Positions 10,845 to 21,089 of a stretch of DNA of 64,000 bases are shown piece by piece. The stretch is from an uncultured bacterium (GTDB taxonomy: Bacteria > Zhuqueibacterota > QNDG01 > DTFT01). Positions within the stretch are counted from its first letter, which is position 1, and every line of letters begins with the position of its first letter. The stretch covers positions 32,001-96,000 of the forward strand of contig CAVTNR010000001.1 in assembly GCA_963736115.1 (NCBI GenBank), given 5' to 3'. The notes beneath the pieces were generated by a model, which was not told where the DNA came from, did no database searches, and saw only the letters and a program-made list of their open reading frames with translations. A program made the translations under genes and the position numbers.

Positions 10845-11525
10845 ATGAGCAAGGTGCTTTTAATCGATTTCGAGAACGTGCAGGGCGTCAATCTCGCACA
10901 GGTTGATAAAATGGACTGCAAGGTGGCTGTGTTCACGGGCAACATGCAGAGCAAGGTGCCCATTGACCTGGTGACCTCGGCCCAGCGCCTGGGCGGCCGG
11001 CTGGAGTGGATACGCATCGACGGGACCGGGCCCAATGCCCTGGATTTTCACATCGCCTACGTTCTGGGTTTGATGATTTCCGAAAATCCCGGAGATGAAT
11101 ATTATATCCTCTCACGGGACCGCGGCTTCGATCCCCTGATCCGTCACATCCTGAAGGGAAAGACCTTCTGCAAGCGGATCGCCAGCGTGTCCGAGATCGG
11201 GCCAGTCAAGAAAACAAGGGACACGAAGGAGGTAAGAGAACCGCGGGAAATCAGGGAAACCAGAGAATCCAAGGAGACCAGGGAACCCAAGGCGGAGTCC
11301 GGCCGGAAGAACAGGGACACGGATGATCATTACACCAAGGTGCTGGCCAATCTGAAGAAAATCGACAAAAGCCGCAGGCCCAGGAACCGTAAAACCCTGA
11401 AACAGCATATAAAGTCCATGTTCGGTAAGCCGGTATCCGAAGAGAAGCTGGACCGGATCATCGACCAGCTGTTCGGGGCGAGGATGATATCCGAGGAAAA
11501 CGGGAGGATTGTGTATAAGGTTTAA
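10845..11525 (+). CDS. PIN-domain protein (NYN/PIN_7-like) with C-terminal winged helix
   Basis: LIDFENV, GPNALDFHIAY, ILSRDRGFDPL, a charged linker, then RPRNRKTL. Confidence 0.8.
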   Translation: MSKVLLIDFENVQGVNLAQVDKMDCKVAVFTGNMQSKVPIDLVTSAQRLGGRLEWIRIDGTGPNALDFHIAYVLGLMISENPGDEYYILSRDRGFDPLIRHILKGKTFCKRIASVSEIGPVKKTRDTKEVREPREIRETRESKETREPKAESGRKNRDTDDHYTKVLANLKKIDKSRRPRNRKTLKQHIKSMFGKPVSEEKLDRIIDQLFGARMISEENGRIVYKV

Positions 11526-11675
11526 ACCCCGGGGTCTCTTTTGGAATAGATGCTTCATTTTCCGTTGGGTTCATGACAGCCGGTTGTGCACCCCGGGGTC
11601 ATGGTTTCCATGGGAGGATTGTGGTTAAGATGTGATGCTGTGCGTCGCAAATCCCGCAAGATCGGACCTGAACAC

Positions 11676-13136
11676 ATGAGACTCTCCGCCACAGACATCT
11701 ACACACTGTACAGTCCGTCCTTTTGCGAGCTGCGGGTTTACCTGAACGCGCATGGAAAGCCCGGTAAAGGTCCCGGTGAGTTCGAAAAACTCCTGTTCGA
11801 ACTCGGCCGGCGGCATGAGAAGCAGTACCTCGAAACGTTTCCGAAGCATGTCAATCTTGCCGGCGTGGACATGGACCGAAGGGCGGTCCGGACCCTGGAG
11901 GCGGTCCGAAAAGGGGAGCCGGTCCTGTACCAGGGCGTGCTGAAATCGCTCCTGGACGGGTCGCGTGCCGAGGTCACCGGTATACCGGACCTGATGATAC
12001 GGGACAACGGATCTTATGTCATCATGGACTGCAAACTCAGCCGTCACGCGGATTTCAAGAGTCATCCTGAAATTTTTCTTCAGCTCCAGGTATACGGATG
12101 GCTGTTCGAGAAAAATTTCGGGATGCGGCCCGCGGGACTGAAGGTCTTTCGAGGGGACAGGACGTTGGAGGAGCTCCCGTACAACGGCGGGGAGGACGCG
12201 CTCCGGGCCCTGAATCTCATCCGCATGAACGCCTGCCTCCCAAAAGAGCCGTATTCCCCGGTCGGCTGGTCCAAATGCGGCGGATGCGCCTTCAACGAAG
12301 GGTGTTGGAAAATCGCCATCGACACGACCGACCCCGCGATCATACCTGATCTCGATCAGTCCGCTGCTAAGACGCTCCGGGAAATGGGCGTCAGAACCCT
12401 TGATGACCTGCTGAACCGTTTCACCGAGGAGTCGCTGTCCGAATTGGAGCGGCCTTGGGGGCACAAAATGCGGCGGATCGGCGCCTCGGCCGCGGGAATT
12501 TTGAAGCACGCCCAAGCCCTGACGCGGAACGAGTGCAATCTCATCCGCGCTCCGGAACTGCCCGAATCTAAGAACTGGGTCATGTTCGATCTGGAGGGCC
12601 TGCCGCCCTGGTTCGATGAATTGGACAAGATCTATCTGTGGGGGACGCAGGTTTTCGGGGAACAGAAGGGGGATTACCAGGCGGCCATGGCCGGATTCGG
12701 GGAGGACGGGGACCGGGAGGGCTGGTTCCGCTTTCTGGAGAACAGCGCGGCCATTTTTAAGTCCCTCGGCGACATCCCATTTATCCACTGGCACCATTAC
12801 GAGAGGGTCAAGGTCGAGACGTACATCGAACGGTACGGGGACCGGAAGGGGATTGCGGAGCGGGTTCTGAAGAACTGCACCGATCTGCTCCCGATCACGA
12901 AAAAATCCGTTGTACTTCCGGTGCACAGCTACAGCCTGAAAGTCATCGAGAAGCTGGCCGGGTTCAGACGTTCCATGGAGGAATTCGGGGGCGACTGGTC
13001 CATTGCGCAGTACATTCGCGCGGTCGAGACCGGGGACGACAGGCTCAGGCAGGAAATCGTATCCGAGATTCAGAAATACAACCGCGAAGACCTGGAGGCG
13101 ACCTGGGCGGTTCTGCAGTGGTTGAAGCGATTCTGA
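11676..13136 (+). CDS. TM0106-family RecB-like nuclease (PD-(D/E)XK + HhH + RNase H-like)
   Basis: GIPDL…DCKL, LQLQVY, CxxC…C, FDLEG, SYSLK, YNREDL. Confidence 0.85.
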   Translation: MRLSATDIYTLYSPSFCELRVYLNAHGKPGKGPGEFEKLLFELGRRHEKQYLETFPKHVNLAGVDMDRRAVRTLEAVRKGEPVLYQGVLKSLLDGSRAEVTGIPDLMIRDNGSYVIMDCKLSRHADFKSHPEIFLQLQVYGWLFEKNFGMRPAGLKVFRGDRTLEELPYNGGEDALRALNLIRMNACLPKEPYSPVGWSKCGGCAFNEGCWKIAIDTTDPAIIPDLDQSAAKTLREMGVRTLDDLLNRFTEESLSELERPWGHKMRRIGASAAGILKHAQALTRNECNLIRAPELPESKNWVMFDLEGLPPWFDELDKIYLWGTQVFGEQKGDYQAAMAGFGEDGDREGWFRFLENSAAIFKSLGDIPFIHWHHYERVKVETYIERYGDRKGIAERVLKNCTDLLPITKKSVVLPVHSYSLKVIEKLAGFRRSMEEFGGDWSIAQYIRAVETGDDRLRQEIVSEIQKYNREDLEATWAVLQWLKRF

Positions 13137-13193
13137 GCGGCAACTGCGATACACCTTTAATGCGCATCGCAGGGTTTTCAGGGAGGGAGAAAA

Positions 13194-13556
13194 ATGAACC
13201 GGATACTGGTCGTGGGAGACACGATCGGAGACATTATTGCGCGGTTTCTGCGCCAGGACGGCTGGCCGGTCACGGTGTTGCGCGAAACCGCGAATATCCA
13301 GGCCGTTTACGAAGCGTTGAGTCGCACGCCGTTCGCCGCGGTCCTGATCACCGACGACACCATGGGTATCAGCCACATCAGCACCATGGTCCCGATCATC
13401 CATAATTACTTTCCGGGCGTCCGGATCATGGTGCTGTCCGGTTACTATGATGACGAACTGGTCCGGAGCTGGAAGCTTTCAGGCGCGGCCGGCTTCATGC
13501 CCATGCCCTTCGACGGGCTGGGCCTGGCCCAATGCGTGAGGCGGATGATGGAATGA
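13194..13556 (+). CDS. Stand-alone atypical response-regulator receiver domain
   Basis: RILVV…LRQDGW…VLSGY…GAAGFMPMPF. The conserved Lys is replaced by Met. Confidence 0.65.
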   Translation: MNRILVVGDTIGDIIARFLRQDGWPVTVLRETANIQAVYEALSRTPFAAVLITDDTMGISHISTMVPIIHNYFPGVRIMVLSGYYDDELVRSWKLSGAAGFMPMPFDGLGLAQCVRRMME

Positions 13557-13696
13557 CGGAACTCCCCAATGCGACGCACGTGAGACGCACGTCACGTGTC
13601 GCGGACGGTCAGTTGGAGGGCATCAGGAGGCGCACGGCTGTCCCGCCCTCCGGAAAAGTGGACAACACTGGAACCCCGCAAAGGAGGGATGCGATC

Positions 13697-16600
13697 ATGA
13701 AAAACCGGATCACCCGTTGGGGGCTGGCTCTTTCGCTCATGGCCTTCCGGACCGCTGCGGCCGCCGATTATCTCGCCGATTTCAGCCAATTCCCGGCCTA
13801 CGCCTACAACACAGTCGCCTACCTGCAGGGGGGCGCCTATGTGGGATGCGGCCCCACGACCGGGGCGATGATGTTTGCCTATTTCCAGGCGCGCCATTCT
13901 CTGACCGGTCTTCTGACCAATCCCGGTACGGGCGCGGACGCGGGTTTGAACACAGCCTGGGCCCTGCACGGCCAGTCGTACATGAAAACGCAGAACAACG
14001 GTTTCGGGGATGTGCAGTACATCCAGTCCGGACTGGAGCAGTACGCGGCCGACCGGGGTTTTTCCCTGAAAGTCACGATTCATGCCAGTACCTGGTATTC
14101 CGACCCGGCTTCGCCGGATGCCGCGTGGCTGAACGCGTACGGCCCGTACGGGGACGCCTGGATGAACGACGGAGCGTTCTGGATCCGCAATACCAATAGC
14201 ACCTGGACGATCGATCCTGATCTGTTCTGCGATTTTATGTTCATGTGCCTCGGTCAAGGCGTGCCGGTATTCCTCACCATTGACACGAACGCGGACGGCG
14301 GAGGGGACCACTGGGTGGCTCTGGTGGGCTATGACCGGACGTCCAAACAGTACGCATTCTACAACACCTATGATACGGCCCTGCACTGGGCGGACATCTA
14401 TTATATGGGCGACCCCGCAGGAAAACGGGCCAACAGCATCTCCATGGTGCGCACCGTGGAGTTGATGCTGGCGGAGCCGGACATCGCCGTTGACTGGACT
14501 TCATGGAATTTCGGCTCCGTGGAAGTCGGGGGAGACGGCCCGGTCCAGTACCTCACGGTCACGAATACCGGAGGTTCGGATCTCGACGTTGCGGAGATCT
14601 CACTGACGGGCGCGAACGCTTCGGATTTCTCGATTCTCAACGGCGGAGCGTTCACACTCATACCCGGCAACGGCCGTCAGATCGGGGCGCGTTTCAACCC
14701 GGTCTCGGCCGGGGCCGAAAAGCACCCAGCTGGTCCTGACCAGCAACGACCCGGACGAGAATCCGCTGACGATTTCGTTGACGGGGACTGCCACGGACGG
14801 GAGCGGCACGCCGATGAATCTTCTGACGGTGGACCTGGGCCAGGGCGTTGTGAACGACCTTGCCTCGATCGGTACGACCCTCTTCGCCGCGACCGAAACG
14901 GGCGGTGTGCTCCGATCCGACGACCACGGGAACACCTGGAATCCAATGAACACCGGGCTCACGAATATAACGGTCCGGTGTCTGCTCGCAGACGGGACGC
15001 GTTTGTACGCCGGCACGTGGGGCGGCGGAGTTTTTCGCTCGGACAACAGCGGCGGCTTGTGGACGCCCATGTCCTCGGGAATGACCAACCTGCACGTGAC
15101 CTCCCTGGCGATCGATCCGCCCGGCCTTGAGGGAGCCCAGCGCATGCTCGCGGGCACCTGGGGGGGAGTGTTCAGCCTCATCCAGCCTGCCGAGACCTGG
15201 ACCGAGGTCAATGCCGGCCTGACTGAAACGCACGTCCGTTCAGTTCTGCTGGCCGGCACGTTCGCTTTCGCGGGCACCATTGACGGCCTGTTCCGCTCTC
15301 CTGACCTGGGACAGACTTGGTCCACGGTCCACAACGGCCTGACCAACACCGCGGCCATTTCGCTTGAAAGAAGGGGGGGACTCCTGTTCGCGGGGACAGA
15401 CGGCGGGGGCGTCTTCTTCTCGGGGGACAACGGTGACGCGTGGGCCGGATATTTCCTGAACGATCCAGCGGCCGTCGTTCCGGATCTGAAGGCGTTCGAC
15501 ACCGGCCTGTTCGTGGCGACCTGGGGCTCGGGTCCGTTCTTCAAGGATGAGGAATCCGATTTCGGCCTCGGCCTGACCGCAATCACGGAATCGAACATCC
15601 GATCCGTGACCGTGGCCCGCATTGATCCGGACACGGGTGAATTCGCGGTTCTCCTGGGCACGGAGTCGGGGAACGTCTGGTTTTATTATCCCGATACTCA
15701 ATACCCTGTCGTGGTCGACGGCGAAAAGGATCGGTTCTATGAAACCCTGACCGGACCGGATGACGGATATCTTCAGCTCCGCTCCTACGCCTGGAACGAC
15801 GTCGGCGCGCCGGACGGGGACGATGACCTGTCCGCCCGGATCTGGACGGCCTGGGACGGGAAGTGGTTCTACCTGTACGAAGAAGTGAATGACGACGCGA
15901 TCTCCGCGGACGGCCAGAATGCGTGGGAGCAGGACGGTTTGGAGCTTAAATTCGATCCCGTGCCTGCGGATACCACGATTGATTCTGTGTGGGACTGCCG
16001 TCTGACGGCGCTGGACGACGCGTCCCCGGGGGTCATCGTCTGGGACGACCTCACCCAGGCGCCGGAGTACGCTTGGAAACAATGGCGGCGCAAGACGATA
16101 CCGGGCGGCTACGCGCTGGAACTGGCCGTTCAATGGCAGGCGATCACGGCCAACGGCGAAACCATCGCCCCCCAGGAAGGAACCGAGTTCGGTATGGCGA
16201 TCAAGCAGCATGACAACGACGAGGCCGCCGGAATCACGGCCATGGTTCAGTGGTCCGCCGTGCTCCGGGACGCGGTGTGGAACACGCCCAAGTACATGGG
16301 CACGGTGAGACTGCTCCCGGATCACAGGATGCAATTCATCCCATCGAATAAAATGACGGGCGTGGCGAATCCCGTCCCATACGACGGGTCCGAATACACG
16401 CGTTCCGGGATCGCGGACGCGGCCGGGGATCCCGCTGCGTTCGGCCTCATGCAGAATTATCCGAATCCGTTCAATCCGTCCACGACGGTGTCTTTTTCCC
16501 TGCCGCGGGCGTCCACGACGCGAGTTGCGGTTTTCGATGTCCGGGGCCGGGAAGTGGCGGTTTTGGCCGAGGGAAGGCTTCGCGCGGGCGGCCATCGCAT

Positions 16601-16697
16601 CTCCTTCGACGGCACGGGTCTGGCTGCGGGGGTGTATATTGTAAAATTGGAAACGGATTCCGGCGCTGCGGCACGGAAAATGGCGCTGGTGAAATAG
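13697..16697 (+). CDS. Secreted multidomain protein: papain-like (C39/C10-type) peptidase + ASH/Ig + beta-propeller + CBM9/DOMON-like + C-terminal sorting domain; frameshift ~14716
   Basis: GCGPTTGAMM…HWVALVGY catalytic pattern. Removing one base restores GAKSTQLVLTSNDPDENP. Ends QNYPNPFNP…KMALVK. Confidence 0.75.
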
Positions 16698-16849
16698 TCA
16701 CCGCGGGTCAAGGGCAGCGTATGATGAAACGCGTCGCAACGGTTGATCCGTCCCCATCCTCCTGATGGACAAAAACACCTTGATTCCATTGAAAAAAATC
16801 GTTTAATTAATAACAGGGAATCATTCGATTTATAGAAGGAGGAAAGGAA

Positions 16850-17599
16850 ATGTCGGATAAGGGAACCAAGAAGAAACTGACCCATGTGGGCGGAGACACG
16901 CCTCAGGCGGGCGGCGGCCGGCCGTTCGTTCCGACCGCGGAGAGCAAGGGCAAGGCCAAGACCCTGCGGCTGTTCGCGATCCTCTCGTTTCTCGTCGCGT
17001 TCGGTTTCGAAATCGCCGCCATTCTCCAGCTCGGAAAGGCGCCGGTCAATACCGCGGTGCTCATCGCCCTGATCGTGGCGGACCTGATTTTCGCGGTCGT
17101 CGGCTCGCTTCTGTGGAAGAAGTCGAACCGGCTCGATCCGGCTTCAGAGAAAGAGTCGTTTAAGTTTTTCGTTCAGAACCAGCTCGGCGCCATTCTAAGT
17201 GTGCTGGCCTTCCTGCCCCTGGTCATCCTCATCTTCACGAACAAGAACCTGAAGGGCAAACAGAAGGGCCTCGTCGGCGCGGTGGCCGTGGTCGCCATGC
17301 TCATCGCGAGCATCATCGGCGTGGATTTCAACCCGCCTTCCGTGGAGCAGTACGCGGAACAGACGGCCCGCGTCGAATCCCTGAACAACGGCCTGAACCA
17401 CGTGTACTGGACGCAGTACGGCGGCAGCTATCACCTGTTCTCCGACTGCGGCTACATCAATTCGGCCAAAACGGACGAGATCTTCCAGGGCACGGTGGCG
17501 CAGGCGCGCGAACTGAAGAACATCACCGACCTCTGCGACCGGTGCGGCGCCCGGGCGGAGAAGGATAAGGCGCTGGGGGCCGGGGCAGCAGTCGAATAG
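16850..17599 (+). CDS. 4-TM membrane protein with C-terminal Cys/His motif
   Basis: Four hydrophobic segments and YHLFSDC…LCDRC. RBS present. Confidence 0.8.
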   Translation: MSDKGTKKKLTHVGGDTPQAGGGRPFVPTAESKGKAKTLRLFAILSFLVAFGFEIAAILQLGKAPVNTAVLIALIVADLIFAVVGSLLWKKSNRLDPASEKESFKFFVQNQLGAILSVLAFLPLVILIFTNKNLKGKQKGLVGAVAVVAMLIASIIGVDFNPPSVEQYAEQTARVESLNNGLNHVYWTQYGGSYHLFSDCGYINSAKTDEIFQGTVAQARELKNITDLCDRCGARAEKDKALGAGAAVE

Positions 17600-17632
17600 C
17601 CGTCGCTGTCCCGAGCATCGTCAGTCCCGGTA

Positions 17633-17663
17633 AAGATCCCCGACGAAAGAACTCGGGGATGAC
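17633..17663. repeat. Hairpin (atccccga-cgaaagaac-tcggggat), REP-like or terminator
   Basis: Perfect 8-bp stem downstream of the stop at 17599. Confidence 0.45.
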
Positions 17664-17724
17664 AGAAATAAATTACAGCCTCTCGCGGATCAGGAATAAG
17701 CCGAGGGAGGCTTGCTTTAAAGGA

Positions 17725-17790
17725 CAGACCTGAAAGGTCTTCAAGACCTTTCAGGTCTGCGCGTTAAAGCGGAATCCTCCCGGAGCCTCG
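17725..17790. repeat. Composite REP-like element copy 1
   Basis: Palindrome cagacctgaaaggtcttcaagacctttcaggtctg plus a degenerate cctcccgga module. Confidence 0.8.
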
Positions 17791-17817
17791 GAAGAATCCC
17801 GCAAGCCGGAGAATGCG

Positions 17818-18318
17818 ATGGACTGGCTCCTCCTCATACTCGGCCTCCTTCTGATGCCGCTCGGCATCGCAGGCTGCATACTGCCGGTTCTGCCCGGCCC
17901 GCCGCTGTGCTTCGCGGGTCTCCTGCTCGTTCACTTCACTCGGTTCGCCGAGTTTTCGGAACCGCTGCTGTTCACGGCCGGCGGCCTGGTCATCGCCATG
18001 CAGATCATCGACTATTACACACCCGCCTGGGGCGCGAAAAAATACGGCGGCTCAAAGCGCGGCGAGGTCGGGAGCATCCTCGGCCTGTTGGCCGGCCTAT
18101 TCTTCCTGCCGCCCCTTGGGCCCTTCGGCCTGGTCACCGTGATCGGCGGGCCTTTCGTGGGCGCCTTTATCGCGGAACTGCTCGGCGGCGCGGACCCCAA
18201 CCGCGCCCTGTCCTCGGCTTTCGGCACTTTCGTCGGGTTTATCGCCGGGACTCTTTTGCGCGTGATTCTGTCCATCGCGATCGCGGTGATGACAGTGATC
18301 GGCATATTCCGGACCTGA
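17818..18318 (+). CDS. DUF456 (YqgC-like) membrane protein
   Basis: LPVLPGPPL, GAKKYGGSK, GPFVGAFIAEL. Confidence 0.85.
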   Translation: MDWLLLILGLLLMPLGIAGCILPVLPGPPLCFAGLLLVHFTRFAEFSEPLLFTAGGLVIAMQIIDYYTPAWGAKKYGGSKRGEVGSILGLLAGLFFLPPLGPFGLVTVIGGPFVGAFIAELLGGADPNRALSSAFGTFVGFIAGTLLRVILSIAIAVMTVIGIFRT

Positions 18319-18436
18319 TTGAGATTGCCGAGGCCGCGGAAGCGGGAGCCCCGTGAAACGGGGCCAATTAGTTTATATAATTCAGAGTATTGAAGGCCTC
18401 CGCGGGGAGAAAAGATGGCGGAAACCTCCCGCCGAA

Positions 18437-18516
18437 CAGACCTGAAAGGTCTTGAAGACCTTTCAGGTCTGAGTGTGAAATCCGTACCCTTCCGGAGGTC
18501 CCAGACCTTCGGGAGG
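18437..18516. repeat. Composite REP-like element copy 2
   Basis: cagacctgaaaggtcttgaagacctttcaggtctg plus ccttccggaggtcccagaccttcgggagg. Confidence 0.8.
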
Positions 18517-18691
18517 CGGTCAATGATGGCCCGCGAATTGCCTGACTTTTGGTTCAGAAGCCCCGGACACCGGATGCGATCCGATCCAATCGCCGCTGAA
18601 TCAATGAGATATCCCTTTCAGGTCGAAACGGGCGGGGCTCAGAAGTCCGAGACCGGCCTCGGAATTCCATTCCGTCATTCGGGAGGGCGTC

Positions 18692-20823
18692 ATGCGTCAG
18701 AAGAAAAGCCGCATCCGCGAGTTCGAATTCCATTACCTGACCGAGCTGACGGCCCGGGGCATCAAGCCCTTGAGCCGGTGGGAAGGGCCGCTTTCGGACC
18801 GGAGCCGCAAACTGCTCCGCGGCAGGAGTCTGTCCGTTGAAACCGTCTCCAGGATGACGGAGTCCGGAAGGCGAGTCGAGGAAACGGTTTCAGCGCGTCT
18901 AGCCGGTACACCAGCTTGTACAGCCGCAGATTCGGGAATACGCTGATCAGTGACCGGGCCGCGGACCGCAGAACGGAAGGATTCCTGTTCGGTTATCCGT
19001 CGTGCTGTGTCTCGGAATTCGTCCGGCGGCCCTACAAACCGAACGGCCTCGACCGGCGCACCCAGTCCATGCTCTTCCACTGGGCCTGTGAAGAATGCAG
19101 GTCCACTGCCGATCTGATCCCCTATTATCGTTCCAGCCATGATTCCGTGTCCGGCCGGATGGGCGGTTTCGACCCACTGAAGGCCTCCGATGCTCCGGTC
19201 CGGAGGTCCCTGAACCTCGCGGTGATCGCGCTCGCGCTGTCGGGCGGCCTCCTGTCCGCGAAAACGCCGGCCGATTCCACCCATTTCATCGCTTTGCCGG
19301 GAGACGTAAATTCAAACGGCCTGTCCTATGCCGAGGAAATCCGGCTTGGCACATTCGACCGCGGATTCGATCTGACGGAATGCCATATCCGGGCGGCTCT
19401 GTTCAAGGCCCGAATCGATTCCCTGCCGGACACCGTGCAGACGGACCGGGCTTATAAAATTGAACACGTCCTGCGCGGCGTGGTGCAATGCGCGAAATGC
19501 GGGACCTGGGTGAATATGGGTTCCGTCACGATCGCGCATCCGATCCGCGGCCTGCAGATGGAACTCCCGTACCTCGCGCTCCACTTCATGGAGAACGGGT
19601 ATTTTTCCTATGGCGGCGACAAGGACTTTCAGCGTGCTGATGTGGACACACTCAAGGCCATCCTGTTTCCGTTCGACGCGGCGCACGGCTTGGCTGTTCC
19701 GGCTGACTCGGACGGAGACGGCCTGACGGACGCGGAAGAGGACAGCCTGTTTTTCGACGGATGGTCGACGATTCCGGACCGGGACGGCGACGGACTGCCG
19801 GACGGACCGGACCTGGCCGAGGACCTGATCCGCCTGTTTCCGAAACTGAAGGAGCAGGCCGACGGACTGCACAGCCATGTGGCGTTCAAGCCGGTCTGGG
19901 GGCAGGAAACCTGCGGTGTCTGCGGCTCCGTGCACAATATGGGAACAATCATCATCACCAATCCGGAAAACGGCCGCGAGTTTGAAATTCCCTATCTTGG
20001 TCTGCACGCCCTGGCTCATGGCCATTTCTCCTATGACGGCTCCATTCACCCGAACGGCCGCGCATCGGCCTTCGACCTGTTCCGGGCGATGAAAACCCAT
20101 CACCTCCATATCGACGGGGACTCGGATAATGACGGGCTGAAGGACGAAGAGGAGGGCCGTTTCGGATTTGACCCGAATGCCGCGGATTCGGACGGCGACG
20201 GTGTGCCCGACGGCATGGACCTGGCGCTGACTTTGGCGGATTCATTGATGGCTCTGCCCGCGGTTCCGGGAACCGCCGGGCCCTACCTGGAAGACGCGGC
20301 CATGTACGGTATTCAGTTCTGCCTGATCTGCGGCGGGCAGATCAACATGGGCGTTTATCGCATCCATAACCCGCTGATCAACACGCCTTCGCCCCTGGAG
20401 GTCAGCCATTACGCCTTCCATTTCCTGGCAAAAGGAAGTTTCGCTTTCGAAGGGGAGGAGAGCGGCAGAATCGATCCGCTCCGGCTCGCGGATTTTCTGA
20501 GTGTGCCGTCCGGCATTCATCCCGTTCCGGCTTCAGCCGGGCCTGCGGTGTTCGATTTGCGCCAGAACCACCCGAATCCGTTCAATTCAAGCACCATGAT
20601 TCCCTACCGGCTGTCCGGCCGATCCGCTGTGTCACTGAAGTTGTTCGACATTCGCGGCCGTTGGATCAGGACTCTGGTCGATGGCGTCGAGGAACCGGGA
20701 GAGAGGACTGCGGCTTGGGACGGCCTGTCAGCGGAAGGTGTTCCCGCGGGATCCGGTTTTTACCTGTACGAGCTGTCGGTGGATGGGGTAAAGCGCTCGG
20801 GAAAGATGCTGATGGTCCGATAA
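18692..20823 (+). CDS. Cys-rich N-domain + internal signal/TM + 3x CxxCG-NMG-H repeats with DxDGDG Ca2+ motifs + C-terminal FlgD/sorting domain; frameshift ~18888
   Basis: Adding one T in 'ggtttc' joins 18692..18946 to 18916..20823 (ETVFSASSRYTSLYSRRF). Ends QNHPNPFN…KMLMVR. Confidence 0.7.
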
Positions 20824-20842
20824 GAGCCCGCGGGACGCATGA

Positions 20843-20925
20843 AAACCTCAAAGGTCTTACCGACCTTTCAGGTTTATATATTGAGAACAGAACCTCCCGG
20901 AAGCTCGGAGCCTCCGGGAGGTTCT
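20843..20925. repeat. Composite REP-like element copy 3 (degenerate B module)
   Basis: aaacctcaaaggtcttaccgacctttcaggttt plus agaacctcccggaagctcggagcctccgggaggttct. Confidence 0.75.
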
Positions 20926-21089
20926 CTGTTTTGTGACGAACTTTTACTTGTTTTTTCCGTATGATATCATAACCTTAGCAGCATTATTCCAACAGCCTGG
21001 AATATCAGGCAGTTAAACACCGTCTGGAATTCCGGCGCAGGCAAATGATCCCGATCTCCTTCCATCATTAATTATCATAAGGAAAGCGA

